Positions 58,186 through 64,000 of a stretch of 64,000 nt of DNA are shown piece after piece. The DNA is from Chrysomallon squamiferum (Eukaryota > Animalia > Mollusca). The stretch covers positions 7,192,001 to 7,256,000 of the forward strand of contig CM022666.1 of NCBI GenBank assembly GCA_012295275.1. The letters are read 5' to 3'. The first letter of the stretch is position 1. Every line of letters begins with the position of its first letter. Below the pieces are notes generated by a model. That model was not told where the DNA came from and ran no database searches. It saw nothing but the letters and a program-made list of their open reading frames with translations. Both the position numbers and the translations under genes were made by a program.

Positions 58186-59108
58186 CTGTAGTAGAAGCAG
58201 TACTATTGATAAAATAAAAAAAAATTAAAAACAAATATATAATAAATTATACTTTTACATTTTGTACTGTAAATTGCCCATCTTACCAGATATAAAAACT
58301 ACACTATAGAAGTCACAGTATCTTTTAACTTTAAAAGAAAGATAAATATAAATATATAAAGAAAAAAAAGAAGAATAGTTTTAACGTAGTACAGTTGATT
58401 GTCAAATCGAAATCACTCACCTTCTCATCAAAAATGTAAATCTGTATCCTGGTAGAAAAAAAAAAAAAGACTGAACAATAGTTTTTAACATATCATTACA
58501 CTTTCTTAAATTTTCATCTATATTCATACTAATCTTTTCCTAATCATTTCTATCATTTCAAAACTTTCCCACGAAGGTTTAAATATCCCCTGCACAAGAT
58601 TATTTCATGTCATGAAAACAATTAATTACCTATATTCTGATGAAAATATAAATAATCTGCTTCACCATTAGAGCAAAATAATTAAAACCTGACGGAATAA
58701 TAATATCCTTCGACACGAAATGTTTAAGAAGATATTGTTGACTGTTAAAGAGATTAAAACGACGCCAAGATGTCGGAAAACGACACGTCAAGCATCAGTG
58801 ACAAATGAACTATAAAAGTGCTAACAGCAGTATTTTAAAAGAACATGAATTATTTGACATCAGCTATCACTCTCTTTATGTACACACAGCTTTGAAGTAA
58901 CGCCATTAAAAGACAGTTAAAATAATATTTTAGAGGATTTTATACAGAAACGTGGTAAAAACCTTTTATCACTTTTCGTAGTTTGAAGACAACTATGTCA
59001 GTTTGTTACATTAGCAGCTGTCATTACAATTCTGTATTATTTGTGTTTATTATTAATATTATTGAGACAGAGAGAGATACACCACGTACAAAACACATAT
59101 GTAAATGT

Positions 59109-59216
<108 letters not shown>

Positions 59217-59434
59217 CAGACTGACATACGCACACAACGTTATAAAGAATATTTTTAAACAAAGTTAATGTAATATACCGTAATGTTAATAAAAGTTTTA
59301 AAAGCACTCACAGAGAATCGGCAACCAACTTCATACACATTCACATACCTTTTCAGAAAATTATTCACGGAATCATTTAATTTCATACATTTACCTGAGA
59401 CAGTGTTTTCAATAACTAAAACAGTTACGTTTGT

Positions 59435-59825
59435 ATGTGTGAATGTAAAAGCAACGAACTAAATCTATTTTAAAAATGTTAGAGTGAATGCAAAGGCAAT
59501 GGAATAAATCTGTTTCCAATACGTTATTCGTGTGAATGCAAAAAGCAAAGAACAAAACCTATTTAAAATACGTTATGTATATATATATGAATGCAAAAGC
59601 TTTGAAGTAAGTCTATTTAAAATACTATATACGTGTGAATGTAAAAGCAATGAATTAAATGTTTTTAAAATACGTTATGCGAGTGAATGTACAACCAATG
59701 AAATAAATATGTTTACAATATGTTATATTTGTAAATGCAAAAAGAGATGAACTATATATATATTTAAAACACGCTGTATATGTGAATGCAAAAGCAGTGA
59801 GGTAAATCTATTTAAAATACGTCAC
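59435..59825. repeat. Diverged ~48-bp minisatellite, ~8 copies
   Basis: GTGAATG(C/T)AAAAGCAATGAA.TAAAT.T.TTTAAAATACGTTAT-like units. Confidence 0.8.
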
Positions 59826-60854
59826 TTATGGCCTTCACCGAACTAAAGCAGTTCAGTCAGTCGTGTGAACAATAAATAGAATTTACCAAATCTATTTAAA
59901 ATACGTCGCTTTATTCCTTACTTAACTGCAGCACTACAATTTGCAAGAGATCTTTTGCAAAAAATGAATTAACCAGATGAGGTTAACAGAAAAGTTTTAG
60001 ATTCTTTAACTGTAAACCCAGGTCATTGTCCTTGGGCTCATCCGAGGGGGGGGGGGGTAATTTAAATCGACACCCCCCTCTGTAAAAAACCCTCTGAAAC
60101 CGGGCCTCAGACTTTTATTAAAACTGATTTAGAAAGATTTTTAGCCGTTGTATGTCAAATAAAGAACGAAGGAAACGAAAAAAAAAAAAAAGTCACTCCA
60201 AGCTAAAAACAGTTGATTTACTGTGGAACGGGCGGGAATGGGTGGGGCCTGAACTGACAACTAACGTTCGGCTCAGACAAACTGATTACCACGTGACCTC
60301 GCATTTATCGCTCTAAGTAATGTCCCTTTATCTTCAAAGAGCGAGTTCGATTTGTCACATTCTGGTGTAACGGGCAAGTAAATCAAATTTGCCAGCAAAC
60401 ACTGCACTAACTACGTGGGCTAACCGGGCCTGTGGATGGGCAAACACTTCAGCTGAAAACCTGAATGGCGAACCTGGCCGCGTATCAGGACCAGAACGAT
60501 GAGCAAACATAATTATCATCGACCAAAACTGCGGAAAAAGAAATAGCTGGAGCTGAACAAGAAACTGTGAGGTTTTTAAAATGAGTCCGCCAATAAAACA
60601 GTGCCTTCTCGCTGAAACTCGTCATGTGAGTTTCTGTTACAAAGACGTATAAATCTGTGAAGATTAAGACTACACTCGACTGATTTTCATGAACAAATAG
60701 TGTGTGTGTTTCAATTGAAAACAAAATCTGTGTATGTATGTATGTATGTATGTATGTATGTGTGTGTGTGTATGTCTGTTGTATGTATGTGTGTGAGTGT
60801 GAATGTGTTTATGTGTATATGTGTGTGTTTATGTATTAGCGAATATTACTCTAC

Positions 60855-60872
60855 ATTCTCTCTCTCTCTGTA

Positions 60873-60903
<31 letters not shown>

Positions 60904-60954
60904 CCTTCTCTCTGTCTGTCTGTCTGCCTCTCTCTTTCTCTGCCTGTCTCTGTG

Positions 60955-60991
<37 letters not shown>

Positions 60992-60992
60992 A

Positions 60993-61080
<88 letters not shown>

Positions 61081-61095
61081 CCTCCCTCCCTCCCT
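60855..61095. repeat. (CTGT)n/(CT)n/(CCCT)n compound microsatellite
   Basis: Direct reading of the sequence. Confidence 0.92.
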
Positions 61096-61604
61096 GCCAT
61101 ATTTATATCTGTGTTTACAAACACTGGCACCAAGACGATCCATAAAAACATGACACGAAAATCACGCTTGGTGAGTTTCTGAGACGGACGTTGCCGTCGT
61201 GTGCACTGTAGCGACATCAGCAGCGGCGGAGGCACATTCTTATCTGTACTGTGTTGATTGTTCGCCAGCGACTCGAAAGAAACGGTCAATGCACAACAGC
61301 AAGAAACAGCGTATTGAGAAATCTAGTCTTTCTGACGTCTTATGAATACTAGATCTTCATCAGGACTACTCAGAGATCTTTTTATTTATTTGTTTGTTTA
61401 TTTATTTATGCCACTGTTTAAGCAGTCGAATTAAATCTTTCGTTATTTTATATACACGAAAAACAAACAAACAAAAAAAAACAAAACAAAACAAAATACA
61501 AGAAAACTTTGACTTTACGTTAAAACTTTTACTTGAGTAATTCAGTCTAATAATTGAAAAAAACCTCCAAAATTATGTTTATATGGTGATGATTGTGATA
61601 TACA

Positions 61605-61635
<31 letters not shown>

Positions 61636-62561
61636 ACAAACAAACCAAAACCAAACAAATAATACAAACAAACAAACAAGTAGTACCTATTTCATTATAT
61701 TTGTTTTAGTGTAAACAGCTATGCAAATATGCGTCTAATGCAAACGTATTTTCAGTTAAGCGTATTTTACATAGTGTACGTATAAGTGCATTTGTTCGTT
61801 TTCACATAAATATGGAATTAAACAAATTACTACGTTTAGTCTTAAACATTATTAATGCTGCAGACTCATCAACAACTCGACAAATAACGTCGTAAACAAG
61901 ACCGAAATCTTCCCGAGTCAATTATGCTCTCTAATTGACATTCCTCGCTTTAATACAAAGGGAGGCTTGAACCGCGACACCAGATTTTCCAATCATACAG
62001 AAATTAGCGAGAAATTAATGTAGTTAACCATCGCACCGCAATTTTCACTTCCGAAGGTCTCAAACCGGAGTTTTACTTATTCCGGTAGTTTGGTATTATT
62101 TTCTTTTCGTTCCTGAAGAAACAGGACACCAACGAAGACAGGACCAAGCCATCCTGACTAACGTGGCTTAAACCCAAACACCATGGTGAGAGGGTTAATA
62201 CAAAAGTCAGATTCGCTGCCGGTTACGGTTAATATAAAAGTCGGATTCGCTTGTCAGTGCAATGACATCCGTGCAAGATTTGTGGCAGTCCTCTTCTCAT
62301 TACCTCGTGCAATAACAGAATCAAATTCTTGACTGTAATTGACCTCGGCGACAATTGCGGCTACTTCTTCATATGCAAACGCCATTACTGTAATTGGCTG
62401 GCGGACAGTTCAAGAGCGATTACTTATTGTTTCGTTCGATTTGCGCTGATGCGCCAGGAATGGACGGTGCTTTTTAAGCAAAGTGATATTAAAAACGATT
62501 ATATTATTTGTCCATTACTGAGACACAATATGAATAATGTCTGCAACAGCCGTCTGTAATT

Positions 62562-62725
62562 CTCCAGTATCAAGACCTTTGATAGCAAGATTTAAAGTTC
62601 AAAGGTACGCGAGTTCGAACCCATTGGCTAGCATGTCTTCAGTATCATGAGACTTAGTAACAAGAGCTTTAATGACAGAAGGTAAATCGGTTCAAAACCA
62701 TTGGTTAGTAAGACTTCAGTATGTT
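62562..62725 (+). repeat. Diverged ~76-bp tandem repeat (2 units + partial), each unit with a B-box/T-loop-like motif
   Basis: Units start CTCCAGTATC / CTTCAGTATC / CTTCAGTATG and share CAAGA..TTTAA..AAGGTA..GTTC(G/A)AA.CCATTGG.TAG. Confidence 0.6.
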
Positions 62726-63068
62726 ATGATGACCAGAGATTGTAGGGCCACGTAATACATTTAGATCAGATAGATTAGGACGTAATGTTTGGAGTTTTGT
62801 GCTCTGAAGGCACATGCAGGTTCAAACACAACATTTAAAATGTCTCCGATTTAATATATGATGACGAGTTTTAAAACCAGTCTGGGTCCAGTTGTACTAA
62901 GACGTGAACATTAAATATGTGTAATATCAGCTCTAAACAGAAAAAAATAAATTGAATTTTTATCTAAACACGAATTTACATTTTTAGTTTGACAGTATAC
63001 GTTTTTGTGTATGTGTTTGTTTAATATTTCTGTACACACACACACACACACACAAATACACGCACCAT

Positions 63069-63105
<37 letters not shown>

Positions 63106-63135
63106 CCAAGCTATATATACATACATATAAACACA

Positions 63136-63187
<52 letters not shown>

Positions 63188-64000
63188 TAAACATATAATA
63201 TATATAATTATAAACGCTGCATTTTATATTGTGTTTTTTTTGTTGTTATTTTTAAATATATTTTCCAAGCTTTGAATTGTTGTCTTAAGAGACATATACA
63301 TTATGGAAAAGTTTATTTTCTGTCACGGTTTAAAAAGTAAGAATGAAAACTGATTACCGTTTCTTCTTCTATTCTGCTGACAAATTGCCTGTTTGGATCT
63401 TTGAATAGAGAAACATTACAAAAGACGTTCGGATACCGCATGCGGAAACGGAAAAATAATGACAAGATCTTTATATATACCAGATATATGCTAAAGAAAA
63501 AAAATATTCAATTACTTCTTTCTAGGCTAGCAGATTCAATTTACGTTACATAATTACAAAAAAACCGGCAATATGCTTTGAAGTTTTATTACAAATAGAC
63601 AACTTCTCCCGAGTAAGACACGAAAGAAGAAAATTGTTTATAGAAAATGGGCTTCAGTGATAAATATATAATAAGAACAAATTGTACTGCTCGCTCTTTG
63701 AAAGGCGAACAACCAATTAACCTCGTGTAAACTGAAAAACGCAATTGATAATACACCTTTGCGACATGCGCAGAAATACATCATCTGCTTCTGTCAAAGA
63801 TGACCTTTCTTTTCCCTTTCAAGTAAGATACGACGCGATTTATGTTGTAAAGGGAGGTCAGAGTGAGATATATTTTTCAGTCGTCCTACACAGCGCGTGA
63901 TCTTACTTGAAACTGATGATCTTACTTGAAATGAGTGTAAAAAAAAATTAAAAAATAAAAAAAAAAAAAAAAAAAAGACGTCTTTAATCTATTGCGCACT

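Overview
This window is AT-rich, microsatellite-saturated animal genomic DNA, not prokaryotic. Degenerate TTAGGG arrays and remnants resembling Meta/MESC-core SINEs suggest a mollusc or other lophotrochozoan (inference). Nearly all ORFs in the supplied track are translated simple repeats. Two real genes are visible, arranged head to head. (1) A complete 5-exon, 172-aa SAT2-like GNAT acetyltransferase on the minus strand (4402->1630), with all splice sites and phases consistent. (2) The large first coding exon of a signal-peptide plus ANF-receptor (type 1 periplasmic-binding fold) protein, probably a receptor guanylyl cyclase or natriuretic-peptide-receptor-like gene (+, 11505/11571-12213). I could not identify its second exon in the remaining ~52 kb. 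Between the genes lie a ~1.15 kb degenerate telomere-like (CCCTAA)n array and a patchwork of short local duplications. The rest holds microsatellites, minisatellites, SINE remnants, CpG-rich non-repetitive islands and a few candidate antisense microexons. I found no convincing new multi-gene system; the findings are modest leads.
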